A stretch of DNA of 64,000 nucleotides from Lobosporangium transversale (taxonomy: Eukaryota): contig NW_019029003.1 of NCBI RefSeq assembly GCF_002105155.1, positions 186,001-250,000 on the forward strand, read 5' to 3'. This document shows positions 27,716 to 41,691 of this stretch, piece after piece. The number at the start of each line of letters is the position of its first letter. Position 1 is the stretch's first letter. A model generated the notes under the pieces. The model did not search any database, had not been told where the DNA came from, and was given only the letters and a program-made list of their open reading frames with translations. The translations under genes and the position numbers were made by a program.

Positions 27716-30232
27716 CCCCCTGTTCTTGCTCCTGATTTTTTTCATGCTCCTGATTCTGCTCTTGTTTCTGCTCCTGCTCCTTACAATCGTTCTTTCCCTT
27801 GTTTGCTGAAGCCTTGATCAATTTATAGCAGTTTTCGCATGCAAACTTATTATCGCCATCCAAGACATCTACGCTGGTAAACTGGTTCAATGACCGTTGA
27901 ACTGAAAGAGCTTCTGAATCAAATTGACCAATGGTTCGGAGCACCTTTTCGACATGCTGCAAATGTGCTTCCGAGGGCTTGTTCTCCAGGATGAGATCCT
28001 CACCATCCGAAGCACCGGAGTCAGTCGTCTTGATCTCTGAGCCTGCTGTGATTGCATTCCGTTTGGATTGAGCAAGGAGGCGAGCCATTAAGTTCGAACC
28101 AAACTCCAAAGATGATGATTGTGATTTTGTTTGTGAAAAGTTGCGAACAGGTAGAGAGAGATCGAAGAAGTCCTCCGGTGCATAAGAACACTATTTAAAA
28201 TTTTAATTATTCATATCAGCTACGATACTTACAAGCTTTCATCAACACATAGTCCCATGAAAAAAGGCATTACCTTCTTACACGCATCGCAGACAATGAC
28301 ACTGACGAGTTCTCCTGAGAAGCAACCCTCAATAAAAGGAGTATACTTACATGGCCCTTCAACAGCTTGGTTCTCTTCTTCTTGGTTCTTGCTCTTCTTT
28401 GCCTCACCATTATATGTTTCCTTGATGTCCCCATTTACTTTTTCGTTTTCTTTCATAACCTTTTCATTTCCAGTCTCTCCTTCTTCTGCGAGCCGACGTT
28501 TGATCATGTCAAGCTCCTCCTGCTTGATACCGTCAAATAGATAGCGCATTAACTCCTGGCTGTCTTGCTGCCGGAAGCCTCGGAAAACTTTCCATTTCCT
28601 TGTAATCTGCATAAACAATTCATTGGGTGCAACTACTCCGCCTTGTTGTTTCCACATTGTATTCAAAAATCCTTTGAAACTGGTCGTTAGCGGACCCAAT
28701 CCTAAGTTTGTAACTGCAGCCGGTGATTTGGAGGATACAGAAGCCTCTTGTTCATTTTCGGAAAGAATAGCCCTCAAGGACTTTGACTCTGTCAAAACCT
28801 ACAAAAAAAGAACAAGCAAATATATCAATACGATGTTTAAAAGGGCTATTTAGTATAAGATCTATCAAGCAGTTCAAATATATATAAATATATGCTACTT
28901 TCTTGCCGTGTACCTGAGCAACAGAGTTGAAAAAGCATGTGTTTCCAAGGTTTTTCAAACCAGGCGTATACACTTTAGCCTTGGATATGGGTGCAGCGAT
29001 AGTGCCTCGTGTACCAGGAGCCGCGGCAGAAGACCCTTTGGACTTTTTTGAAGGTGCTGCAGAAGCAGCTGCAGAAGCAGCTGCAGAAGCAGCTAAAGAT
29101 ACAATAGGATAGAGGTCAATAAAGGTTTATAGATAATTTTTTGTCCAAAGCAAAGTATTACCTCTCATTTTGGACTGCCTGATCAAACGTCCGTCCTCGA
29201 GAATAGCCTGACACTCCCGAATGACCTGATTTTTATTCTTACTTGGTACAATCTGATTATCACAGCTATAGCACCTATTAATAAAAAGCATATAAACATC
29301 AATAAACACAAATAGAGTCTTCATCCATCTTCATCAAGCGACTTTGTGCCTTGAACTTCCAAATGAATAAGCCTCTCTCCACTCCGGGTATGGCTATTGA
29401 CTATCATTATATTTACCAACAGTCCATGGTGCCTAAATTGATTGCCAACGGATGTTTATTGTCTTTTTCATTATGGTGTGTTATTGCATGCTTATGAATC
29501 ATCCTACCACAATTGATCTCACAGCAACTCAAACACATCCATAATGATTCTGGTGACAATTCCTCTGCAGCGATAACAACCTCATTGTCCTTTTTGTTAT
29601 TATCCATGGATGATGAAACAGTCAATCCTGCTAACGATGATTCCAGTGATTGCTGCGCGAGCCTCTTCTTCGCAGCCTTACTTTCTGCATTCAAACATCG
29701 TCGGCAATGGTTCCAATCCTTTTGTTTTTTAATTTCCTTACGCAGACTAGAAAGCTTGACTGCATCCTTGACATGCTGACATTTACCATCCTTGCCTGCT
29801 GATTTGGAGTGTTCAGAGGATTCATGTTGTGATAGTCCTGCTAAGTCCTGTGCAACAGTCTCTTCTGACGTTGATGCCGTATTCGATTCTACCAATTCTG
29901 ATACAGTTGTTGGTGCTGACACGAGCGCTCCTGCAATCCTTTCGCTCATTTGACCTGCATTAGAGGCTGAAAGCGCAGTTGTACTGGCACTGTTGGAATC
30001 CTGTTTTTTCTTTATCCCTGATTCAGCGAAAATTTCTGGCAGTAGAGCGTCACCTATCACCACAGTCAATTTCAAGCACTGTATCAATGGCATGTTCGAA
30101 ACAAAATGCGATACAAATGCACTAACAGCACTAGCAGTAAGTTCAAAAGTCAAGTTTAAATTCAGGCTCATATGTACCTGCTTCAAATTCACTTTGACTG
30201 ACACGTCGTGCACTTTTTTTCTTTTTGCCCAT
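26505..30232 (-). CDS. Ubiquitin-specific protease with ZnF-UBP domain (USP16/USP45-like), multi-exon
   Basis: ATG 30232 (MGKKKKSARR). ZnF-UBP 'CQHVKDAV..WMCLSC..CGR..HAITH..CW|CYSCD'; Cys box 'GLKNLGNTCFFNSV'; 'QQDSQELMRYL'; 'HLKRF'; His box 'VVHMGTLGGGHY'; C-terminal 'AYLLFYER'. Confidence 0.9.
26655..26810 (-). repeat. 21-bp coding tandem repeat (QDNV[E/T/I][T/I]P x ~6-7) in USP gene
   Basis: Repeated ttgtggagtctcaacgttgtc / ttgtggaatcgtaacgttgtc units. Confidence 0.85.
27648..27713. repeat. (CTGCTC)11 coding microsatellite encoding poly-EQ in USP gene
   Basis: 11 perfect hexamers. Confidence 0.9.
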
Positions 30233-30447
30233 TGTAATAGAGCCTTTTTCTTTTTACTCAAGGAAGGAGGAATGAAATGGGATAGATGCAAATTTAGAGA
30301 ATTTAAAAAAAAGAATGCGCAGATCGGCTTCCCTGACGCAAACAAAAACTCAACAATGTGACCGGTGTGTTTTATTAAAAATGCAGGATATATATTTATT
30401 TTGTTTCTTTAGGTGTTAATATTGACCATATGAAAAATAACATTTGC

Positions 30448-33400
30448 TTACACAGCGGATGCCATCTTGTCTACCTTAAGGATATCGTTCTGGTCGTCCC
30501 GAACTTCATCCACAGCCTTAAAGATCGATGCTCCCCCATCCTCATCTCCCTCGGCCGTAGCCACTCCAATAGACTCGTATGCAGCATCGCTGCGATCCAA
30601 TAGCATCTCCAAGTGCTTGTCCGATATAACCACATCGTCCTTGGTTGCAAGTTGAATCTTTTCTCCATCATCTTGAGCAAGCATTTCTGCCAGGTCCGAC
30701 AGTGTGGCTGCACGATCAGTTGCTGCGCTCGTACCAGCCGAGGGTGGCTTCTTGAACTTGCCTTTATGGATTACTAGCTTCTCCAGTTTGCGTTTGCTGC
30801 TGGCCCGCTCAATGATCTTGCCTTCGATTGTGTTGGCGGTCACCAAACGATAAATCATTACGGGTTTTGTCTGACCAATACGATGCACGCGATCCTGCGC
30901 CTGCAAGTCCATTTGAGGATTCTATGAAGGATCAAAAGACAAATAGTCAATTTCATTAACAAAAAAAAAAAAAAATTCCTATCGTATTGCTGCCAATGTG
31001 CGAATAAATAGTCTTCTTACCCAGTCACTATCAAAGATAATGACAGTATCCGCGGATGTTAAGTTAATACCCAGACCTCCTGCACGAGTCGACAGCAAAA
31101 ATAGTTTGAGGTTTTTGTTCCTATTGAACTCTGCAATTTGTTTTCGCCGATCTTCCTGTGGCACTGCACCGTCAATGCGGCAGCACACCCAACCCTTGTA
31201 GATCTCAGCCCAGTCCTGGATAATGTCCAGCATAGTTGTGAACTGGGAAAAGATCAAAACCTTATGCTCCCGCTTGAACAGAGCCTCAAGTAGTCGGCTC
31301 AGTACCAGCATCTTTCCAGAAGCATTCAACAAGTCCTCCGAGAGCACAGGCATATTCGTTTTGGGATCTAAGGGCCAGTCAAATAAAAAGGGGTGATTGC
31401 ACACTTTACGAAGTTGCATCACAATGTTCATCAGCTTCATGTTGCTGACAGACTTGCTTGCCTTACGCAAATCAACTTGAAGTGCTGTCAATTGTTCCTC
31501 TTCGTCTTTCTTTTCAACCGCCTTTCCTTGCTCCAGATCTTTAAAGAACTTGGCGTCTGATTCCTCCTTGTACGACTTGACGCCTCCACGTGTTCTCCGA
31601 TTAGAGCCGTCCAATTTTTTATCTTTCAGCTCTTCTTTCTCTTTTTGTTCCTCTTCAGCATCGATAATCGCATCAAGTTGTTCAACAGTAACCTCTTCCG
31701 TATTCTCGACGTCTTCTTTCACAATCTCTTCTTCTCCCTCCTCTTTCTTGCTCTTCTCCACTCCCATTTCCTTCTTTGGGGTGTCTAGTCCAGCCTTCTT
31801 ATGAATCAAGAAGTTGCGGATATCACGGCTGAGAGCTGCATCGTACCACTCTTTCTGAATTGGCGTTAGAGGAGCATACAGCAAGTACTCCTTCTTCTTT
31901 GGCAATGAGTGTTCAACTAGTGGTTGTGATGAAGAAAAAATATATATAGAGAGAGAGAAAGAAAGGTAAGAGACTTTTTTTTCTTAGCAGTATTTCACTA
32001 AACAATTCACACTCACCATCAGTCTTCACACGGCGTAGTAAGAATGGTTTCAGGATGTGATGTAAGCTTGTTACAATTCCGCTCTGCGATTCTTCGCCTA
32101 GAATACGCTCCTGGCCTTCCTTGGCATTGATGTCCGAAAAATCAAACCACTCTTGAAACCCTTCGCGATCATCGAAGATTTCTGGTAGCAAAAAGTTGAG
32201 TAAACTCCATAATTCGGATAAATTGTTCTGTAATGGTGTGCCTGTCAGGAGCATGCGATTTGCGGAGTGATAGCTCTTGAGTTCTCGAATGAGTTTGCAG
32301 TCCATGTTCTTCAGCCGATGACCTTCATCGACAATGATGTACTTCCATTGGTATTTAGAAAGGTATTTGCGATCTCTGATAACAATCTCATATGAGGTAA
32401 CGATGATGGGGAATGAAGAGTCCAGCTTCTTAAGTTTATGGTTCCTCTTGTGCTCTCGTTCCTCTGGAGTTCCGTGATACAGTTCCACAGGAATTCCAGG
32501 GACAAATCTGATTTTAAGAAAATCGACATTTAGAAAATTGTGTAAGATCAATATAATATCAACTTCAAGCAATGAGAACGCAAGACATGGTGGTTTGGCA
32601 ATCTGCTTTACCTCTCAAATTCAATAACCCAGTTAGCAAGGGTAGAGAGAGGAGCAACGACAAGAAAGGGGCCCCAGACTCCTTTCTCGCGAAGATATGC
32701 CAGAAAGGAAATCGTCTGTAATGTCTACAGCCACTCAAAAAAAAAAAAAAAAAAAAAAAAAGTGTGTGTGAATAGAGAATTTACTGTTTAGATAAGTTCG
32801 AAGGCCCATAATACCAAGTTTCAGCTTTACCTTTCCAAGACCCATCTCGTCAGCCAGGATGCCATTTAGGCCATTCTCATAAAGACTGACCATCCATTCC
32901 ACCCCTTCCAATTGATAATCGCGGAGAATACCCCCTGTGACTAGCTTGGGCTGGCGGGGAGATATAGCAGGTTTATTGGATTTAGCTCCTGAAGCAACTG
33001 TAGTAGACACAGCGGTAGTAGCGGGCTTCACAGCCGGCTCTACAGCCGGTTCCACCTTGTTCGCTTGCTTTTGCTTCTTTAGAGTATCTCTATCGATATA
33101 ATCTGCAATGTCGTAGTGCGCATCGTCTGTTTTACGCTTTTTGGCAGCAGCAACTGTCTTTTTCTTGGTATTGATCTGCGCCGTCTGCTCCTCCGAATTA
33201 GGTTGCCGGCGAGTGCTGGCGCGAGTAGCTGTTATCGCTGTAGCAGTGGCATCTTCTTCTTCTTTGTCATCCTTCTCTTTCTGCTTCTCTCGCTTTGCTT
33301 CAATGGCTGATGCTCTGTCGCGGGCCTCCTTCTGCTGTTTCTCTAGCTTTGAGCCAAGGAAATCTGCATACATCAAAGATTTTTCGATCAAAAACTTGAG

Positions 33401-33845
33401 ACGCTTCGATCGTTGGCGAGCAATAGTATCATTGAATTCCGCCGTGGCCTAACATGATTGAGTCAAGTGAGCATATTTGAAATTTCAATACTTTTTTTTG
33501 AAGGTTTAAGATGGCATTTGCCACCAAATTTTGAATATCTTACTTTAGCCTTTAGCTTTGCAATTTTCTCCTTTTCCTTCTCTGTGGTTTCTTTTTCCAG
33601 CTTTTCCTCTTCGAGGCGCATCGCTTCCGTAATAGCAACATCAATGTATGTATCAGTTGTATCAGGCGATGGAGTAGCCGAGACAGAAGATGGAGTACTG
33701 ACACTCTGCGAAATTCATTATAAAAAAAGTGAGTTTCAACGATTCGAGTCACAAAAAAATGGTTTACTGTTAAACGCATAAGAATGAGTGTTTCCCTTAC
33801 TGCCTCGTTGGGAGTGGATGGACTCGACTCTGATTCGGTGTTCAT
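30448..33845 (-). CDS. HELLS: SNF2-family chromatin remodeler, HELLS/LSH/DDM1/Irc5 subfamily; multi-exon
   Basis: '[37 protein letters not shown]', 'VDEGHRLKN', '[19 protein letters not shown]', '[13 protein letters not shown]', '[10 protein letters not shown]', '[13 protein letters not shown]', '[11 protein letters not shown]'. No bromo, chromo or SANT domains. Confidence 0.88.
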
Positions 33846-34149
33846 GGCTAGACTAGTTCGCTTGCTTGTCTTTAATACACCGAGAAAATAAACACGGTGA
33901 AAAAAAAAAAAAAAAAAAAAAAAAAATACCCTGGCCCTGAAAGAACGGAAAGCTTCCTTGAGCTCATCGCAGTCCTGCCCTGTTGAACCTTATATTTGTT
34001 TGAGGAAAAGCCACATCATCACCTTTGACACAAGTGATGAAGGTGAACTGATCTCTTTTTCTGAAAACTCATTACCCTTTATTAGTGAACATCGCTTGGA
34101 GACAACAGGAGGTTAGGACAGGAAGTTAATTTTAAGAGAGAAATCTATT

Positions 34150-34787
34150 ATGGACACACAGAAACGTTATACAGTCGCGAGCTCTATCGACAGACCAGAC
34201 ACTAAACGAACCAGGATATCCAAGGACACAGGTGAAGCAACACCCCTCAATGCGGCAAATCTTGCCTTCATGTTATCATATCTTACAGCCAGAGAAGGAA
34301 AGAAAAGAGTACTATGTCGTTACGATCTATAGTCATTTAATGACACTTTTTTTCTTGGAACAAACAATTTTACTGAATCACAGCTACAATCCGGAAACGT
34401 ACTCCTATACGAGCGCCTACTCTACCAACCGACATTTATATCACCACATCATCAAGCTACAAAGGCCAGCTCGCTCGTGCAATAAAATTGTTGGTCAGCG
34501 ATGGTCATCCATTTATTACACTCCACGCCATGGGCCCAGCGATTGAAAGGGCGATTGCTCTTGCCATGGGAATCAATCAGGCGTGTTCCAATCAAGTTCG
34601 ATGTCATACCGAAACATGTACAGTCAATCTAACCGACGATCTTATCTTCGTCGACCCAGAACAGGATCTAGATACCCACGCTCGCCAGAACTCGGCTGTT
34701 CATATCCGGATAGAGATGATCCAGCCCATGCCTGGAACTCTGCGTGAATTAGACCGCAGCTATCGTGGAGGCAGAAGAAGGCGGTGA
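34150..34787 (+). CDS. POP7: RNase P/MRP subunit Pop7/Rpp20 (Alba fold); 2 exons
   Basis: Spliced (intron ~34232-34383): 'IRKRTP..DIYITTSSSYKGQLARAIKLL..ITLHAMGPAIERAIALA..TETCTVNLTDD..RQNSAVHI'. Confidence 0.82.
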
Positions 34788-37710
34788 AGCAGCAAAAAAA
34801 AAAAAAAAAAAAAAAAAAGGGCGTTAGAGCCTACCTTGACTGAAACAACACATCATGTATATATAATCCGTATACAGCCAACTCTCCATATAAGAAACGC
34901 CTAGTGATCAACTTCGTTTCCTGAACAGAATCTTTTCTTACGGGAGTGTTGTATAAAAGCTTGTAAATTTTCTCTATTTTTAATTTTGCCAAATCGCTTG
35001 CTTTAAATTAAAAAATCATACTTTTGCTCATGTTGCTGTTTGCATAAAATTTCCTCAACCTACACTACACCGACAACGTTTTAACTGTACAAAAAAAAAA
35101 AGCTCATCCTTTATCCCGAATCTAAATAGAAAGACTTGTAAGACAATTAATATTATGAAAACATCTCATGCTGAAGCGCAACATTCTGTGGTCTCTTTTT
35201 TTTGCTCCAGCAGATATATCACTGGGGCTGAAGGATTTGCTTAGGGCTCTGGTGGTGATCTATAAAAGTTTCTGCGTTGTAAACGTTCTGTCAGGCGGCA
35301 CACTACTGCACTGTTTTACATATAACTCCTTGAGAATTGTATCAAACGAGCATTCAGCGCATCTAACTTTTTTTTTTATTTTTATCTATAACTGAAACCT
35401 TTATGTCAACGCCATATTCGCAATGAATTAAGGACAATGTCCTTTAAGAAGAATATATGTCATTGGAGCTTTGTGCGAGGCCTCATAATGAGTAACACAA
35501 AGTTATCTCTAGCTCCTTACGAAAATCTCATCAACTCTGACGATATAAAGATCCAAGGGGAGAAGAGATCTTTGATCCCAATGATGCCGGAGATTTTTTC
35601 GACCTTAGCTAGAACCTTGAGGCAAAAACAGACAAATGCACTCGCTACACTCATTGCAGCAAGGTATGGTCGATCAGTTTTATTGATGATAGGCAGTCCT
35701 AGTTGTGGAATCGATATTACTCAATCACTACAGATTTTCATGAGTAAGCTATTTGTCTATTATTTATGGTCCCAATTGCTTTCTACTTGATTACAATCGT
35801 TATGCTGTAGTAATTGCACTTTACTATTCAGTCATTTTGGAGTCATTGTCTGTAAACTTATTTATCTGTTTTTTTTATCGTACTAAATAAAAAACATAAT
35901 GACACCTCCCATTATTCTATATTTCGTAGCGAGCTACCTCAAGGCATCATTGAGCGAGAGGCTTTTGTTAAATCCAGCTGGACATTCATTCAAGAAGTGT
36001 TGGTCATGATAAACATCAAAGTAAGATCACTTGAAGCCCTCATTACAGGTACTGATGAGCGTAGAAGGCAGGACAGGGACCTTTTTTTTTGAAAGCAAAG
36101 AAACTGAACAATTTGCTGATGGTGTCGGGTATCATAACACAAACCGGATATAATTGCTGTAACATTGGCATTGCGCCAAATTATATCCGGCAAGCCACAG
36201 GAGGATAGATTCAAGTTTGTATGGGCAATGCGCGGTTCATGGATTGCCGAGTTAATGGCTGTATTCGACTCAAGCAAAGTTAGCCATCGGTAGATAGACT
36301 TTCGAGGCGCTATATGGGTTCTTCACTTTGATACATTCCTTGTTCCATAGGAATAGCAAGGCTTTGGACAGAAAGCAAAGGCAGTTGCGCTGAGCTGGGT
36401 TGAGCTGGCAGTAATAGTCGAGATGAAGCTGCAGAAACGAGAATAGGTGCAAGCTCTCATTTCACAAAGGTGTTAGCAGAAGTTCATCAACTTGTCCAGG
36501 CTTGATGTTAAATCAAGCTATCATGTAGGATAGCTCTATCTCAATGTTTGCACACCTTTGTATCTATTTGATCCATTTACAACTAAATCGTTGTCTCCTT
36601 TTCTCCATTCGTCGAGTCTTAACTCATTAAGAAAGATCTGTGTGTCATAATAGAAGCATCTAAAGAGTTAGATAGCTATCCCTCAAATTGATGTGTGTGC
36701 ATTACTTCGCGTCATATGTAGACAGTAAGGAGCCGACTGAAGTCTGGATGGTTAGGGAGAAAGATCTAATCAACTTAGGTGGAGAGCCGGTAGCTTTTAG
36801 TATTGACAGGCACGGACGTTGTTGAGGTGGCTCTACTTTGCATATCATGCCGAAAGAGCCTTTTCCATGCCTTGTTCGTGCTCTTCCCCCTTTCGGCCGC
36901 GTCTGCATCCTACCCCTTCGCCACCTTCCGTTGCGCGTAAAATTTAACTGTCAAAGCGCACCATCTTTTTTTAGCCAGAAGCACTTCCCTACTCCTGGAA
37001 TGAAGTTCGGCTCAAATTTATTTGTGGGACCAAGCCTTTTATTCCTTTATTCGAGCACCTCTTTTTTTGCCGTCAAACCAACGGATGAACAGCAAATCTG
37101 TGTACCTTTCTTCTTTTAGGCGGGAAAGGTGGCAATTAGAAAGGGTTCATTGGCTAGCTGTTGTCCCATTCTTTAGTGCATCAAATTAAGGTTTAACTGT
37201 TGATTACTGAAAGTGGCACTGACAACTTGCCTCCTTAACAAAGAAAGAGCCCCTTTGCCCATGTGCTTCAATCTCATCAGTGGTGACAATAAGAGAAGAC
37301 AGACCAAAATATCGACATGAGCAAATGGCTACAGGGTAAGGGCAGAGCACAGAGCAGACAATTCCATACTAACCTGTACACTATGTGTATTGAAAGTATT
37401 TACTTTCACTTGTCCTCTCTTTCATTCTGCCAACTTGATCTGCATGAATGTCATTTGTCCATTTATTATTCACCTCCTACTTCATGCCTCTATGGAAAAA
37501 AATACTATAAATCTCAGTCATCACTTTAAGATTTTCCACCACTCAATATCGCCTTCTTTCGACGCCTTTTTCGCATATCCTAAGCTCATTCCTCTCCACA
37601 TTTTAATTATTTGCGAAATATTGACTAACCTAACTCTCTACATTCACCATCATCCCATATTTCCTTAAATTAGTGGGTCATCAAATAGATCCAGTATACC
37701 TACCTCAACT

Positions 37711-40700
37711 ATGGCCACATTTATCTTCACCTGCACGCTTGCCGTTCTCTCAATAGTGCATGCACAACCTCATCCTACAGGGGGAGCAGCCTATGTAACA
37801 TTTCACGACCGCCTTTATGTCCAAGGGGGCGACCTCGGCGGCGGTAACCTTGTCAACCAATTCTATTCCTTGGATCTTTCCCGCAGTTGGCAAACTAATA
37901 GCCCCGTATGGAACGCGCTCCCTTCCGGTCCCATCAATGCATATCATTCTGGTGGCTTCTCAGCAGAAATGAATTCTTTTGTAACATTTGGACGTGAAGT
38001 TGGGTCACCTTATACAACATCCAACTTTATCAATATATTTTCAACTAGCACAGGATCATGGATCGGAACTGGCTCGACGATGATCGCTGATCCAACACGT
38101 CGTGACATGGTAGCTGCATCAGATCCTTCCCCTGGAGGCCAAATTTACTTTATGGGTGGTGACACAGGTCAGACAGGCACAGGACATTCGAATGCTTTTG
38201 ACATCTACAACTTGAAATCCAGTGTAGTCTCTGAAACAAATGTGCCACTTCCTGGTCCGCAGAACTTACAGGGTGGCGCTGCAACCTGGCTGTCCAGCAG
38301 GAATGCGATGCTAGTCATCGGAGGCCTATCCGACAATGCAGAGAGCAATGCAGTGTATCTATTCACGCCTAAGCCTGTAGCCTTATGGGGCTCCTCCAGC
38401 ACAACCAATGGCAACACCAGCACCAACTACAGCTCTGATGCACAACCAGGGAACTATGGTGGCTCGTCTAGTGGACCAAACTTGAATGTTGCGAATGGCG
38501 GAAATGGATGGACCGTGCAGGTATGTTTTAATTATCTATATGATGATTGGGATATGGTCATGATGCAATATGATCTCTGTGAACAGGTTACATAAAAAGG
38601 TTTCTTGAAAATGTTGAAAGAGGTTCAGAAAGATGGGTGCCAATCTCGGCAATTCATGGACAATTGGATCCCTCGAGAAACTATCAAAAGGCAGAAAATT
38701 ATGATGATACTGAAATGTGAATCCGAGAATAAGAAGAATAAGAAGAATAAAAAGGAGGAGAGTGTGGATGTCAATAGGAAGAACTGTAATAAAACAAGTA
38801 CAAGAAAAAAAAATGCTCATTTCTTATAGGTCAATGGCCTGGTAGGGAATGAGACCGTGTCAGCTACTGTTCTTTTTTCTCTCTCTTTTTTTTTTCTTTA
38901 CTCTTCTTTCGATTCGATTCGATTCGATTCATCTTCACGATTGTTCGCTCTGTGTCTTCTTTCTCTGTTCGATGCCTATTCAAAATGACTATTTTATCTT
39001 CTATGGTGGGATGTGGACAGTAATTCGTTGCTTCCCTGCTACTTAAAGATTGGTTGTTTGAAATAACAGAAAGTGAATATTGTTGGCAATCGCAGAAAAA
39101 AAAAAAAAAAAAAAAATTCGCGCTTCAACACCCCCATCCATTCTTTTCATATCCTCTGTCTTATAAATTTATGGTCTACAAGGAGTTGCAAGAGAGGAAT
39201 GTTGACGACTGGATTCATTTCTTGTTGGTCACCAATTGTGTATGTCAATATTGAGAAGACACACAACTGTGCACCAATTCGAGCTTGAACCTTTTCTTTG
39301 TCCGAGCACAAAGCACGTGTTTTTTTTTTTTTTTTTTTTTTTTTTTTGCCACCATCTTATTCAGAAAAGCGCGTGAAGAGTGAAAGAGCAATTGATCCCA
39401 CTCATCCAAGTATACGAACATGCACAAAACGAATCTAACCATGTCATAACCCAACATTCTTATTCATTCCATTCTCTTTGCTCCATTTACTTTTTTTTTT
39501 TTTTTTTTTTTTTCAACATGTTCGCTTCTCTCTTCTCGTCTTGGCCATCGTACAACACTCTCATATTATAGCCTACTACAGGCTACTTTCCTTCATTGCG
39601 TACCTCTCATTGTGCTGCCAGCAGTAAGATCCTTCTCTTTGTTTTCCTTACGATGTGTTGTTGCGCGTTTTACGATGATTTTTCTCTTTGTTTATTTACT
39701 TCTTTATGACATTTCTTGGTGTAGTCCACGATTAATGCACAATAATACTAATCATCTTACCCACTTCCTGCCTTTCTTGTTACCTTGCTTCTCTTCCTTT
39801 CCTCCTATACTTTATGCGCCTCCCTGTGTACATGTCTCTCCACTTGTGTAATCTCAATGCGCTTACTATCTGATAATCCTTACATGCGATATTTCTCTAT
39901 GACCTGCTCTATTCGTACATGCTCATTCATTTTATCTCTGTCCATCTGCTTATTATGCTTCATCATATGGTGTGTGATATTATGTTAATTGTGTTTTCGA
40001 CTTGCATTGACAACTTTGTTTTGATGACTATGACTATGACTATGACTATGACTATGACTATGACTATGACTATGACTATGACTATGACTATGACTATGAT
40101 TATGGCTATGATTATGACTTTGATAATGTCCGTTGTTGATGCCGACATACAATGCCTTGTTTTCTCTTGTCATTATAATATAACTTGTGTGCTGACCTTG
40201 ACACGCATTCAAACGACATGTTTGAATTATTATGAAAACTCTTGATCGTCGCGCCATCATCACCGTCTATTCTGGACATGATTTTGAAATGCTTCTGCTT
40301 GCTTGAAAATCTCTTACGCTTTCTTTATTAAAAATAGACGAGAATGGTTCTATTGTAGCTGTATTTGGAGGCTTTGTCAACCGTAGCTCCACATCCGATC
40401 CGTCACTCTATTTTCTGGATACGAAGACATGGAGATGGAGGGTTGTCACCTCCAACTCTGTCCGGGGTCGGAGCTATTCTGCATGCGCCTTCAGCGGAAA
40501 CCAGTTCATTGTCTGGGGGGGTAAGCCGGCATAAAAAAAAGAAATGTCTGCATCTAGTTATGATGTTTTCTTTTGCATACCAACTCGCATACAGACAACC
40601 TAGACTACCTTGAATATTTATTTTTTAATATTTGTTGAAAAACCGTCCATCTCTTCTCTTTCATTACAAAATCAACCTTCTCCTCTCCGTTGTCTCCGCT

Positions 40701-41691
40701 ACCCGTTCACCTTGCGACTCTTAACCCACCACGCCTGCAGCAAAACCATATATCCTGTATCGTGTCTAATGCATACTTGAATAACTAAATAGGCTTCTAC
40801 CAGAATCCAACTTCGACTCCCAATAATCTGCCTTCTGTTGAAGAGAGCACACTTGTGTACTCTTTTGACGCTCAGAACTGGGTCAGTACCTTCGTTCCCT
40901 CTGGCTCATCTGGGTCAGGTGGCGGCTCGAGTCAAGGAGACAGGGGCAACAACAGCGATCTCCTTAACCCTAATGCCCCAAAATCGGTTGGTGTTATCCT
41001 CGTGATTGCTATCGTTGGGGTCATTCTGGTTCTGCTTATCATAACAGGCGTCATCATATTGGTCCGCAAGCGTAATAAGGATCGTGGCAACAGCTCAAAT
41101 GCTCGTTCACCCGGAGATAGCCTTAACTCGGGTTCGGCGCTTTCCAACAAGACGCTTGGCAACTCATGGGACCAAAAAACATTAGCGGACCTTGAGAATA
41201 ACTTTGTGAACAGCGGTGCCAACACTATACCGGGCAAAGCGGACTTGAGACGTGCATCGTTATCTGGAGCAGATGAGATGCCACCAATCCCTGGTTACAA
41301 CTCATGGGAGCATCGGGGATCGATCGCTAGTCAAAGGAGCAACAGAGTTGAGACCACAACAACGACAATCAGCCCCATGGCAGGTATCACTCAGACAACA
41401 ATTGTGACGACCCCCAAAAGTAGCTCCAAATCATCAAAAGTTGGCAATCCTACTAGCAGGAAGACAACGACTTTTGTTAGCAATGGCCGACGAATCTCGG
41501 AGCAATGCGCTGAGAGACCACTGGCACGCAATCAACCTTCATTTGCTCCTACACCTGAGGAAAATGAGACTCAGGACAGTTGGATCAATGGTTATCAAAC
41601 CAACCAAATGCAGTCTAGTCTGGAGCAGAAGTTCGAAGAGAAAAGTAATGGAGTGTATTATCCTATTAGTGTCAATAGGACTTATTTTTAA
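37711..41691 (+). CDS. Secreted Kelch/galactose-oxidase-like beta-propeller, single-pass membrane protein (paralog 1); exons 37711-38520, 39572-39623, 40338-40520, 40793-41691
   Basis: Signal peptide; Kelch repeats '[15 protein letters not shown]', 'IYFMGG', 'LVIGG', 'VAVFGG', 'FIVWGG'; TM '[26 protein letters not shown]' followed by RKR. Exon phases consistent and matching paralog 2. Confidence 0.85.
40024..40119. repeat. (ATGACT)12 microsatellite plus degenerate copies, intronic
   Basis: 12 perfect hexamers at 40024-40095, inside intron 2 of Kelch paralog 1. Confidence 0.95.

Noticed and set aside
35000..37300. Short ORFs (35168, 35437, 35990, 36838) in a gene-poor stretch
   Set aside because: No motifs, splice logic or terminal repeats found; possibly unidentifiable TE debris.
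39919..40263. ORFs with (MT)n, (VI)n and (HS)n repeats
   Set aside because: Artefacts of the intronic (ATGACT)n microsatellite.
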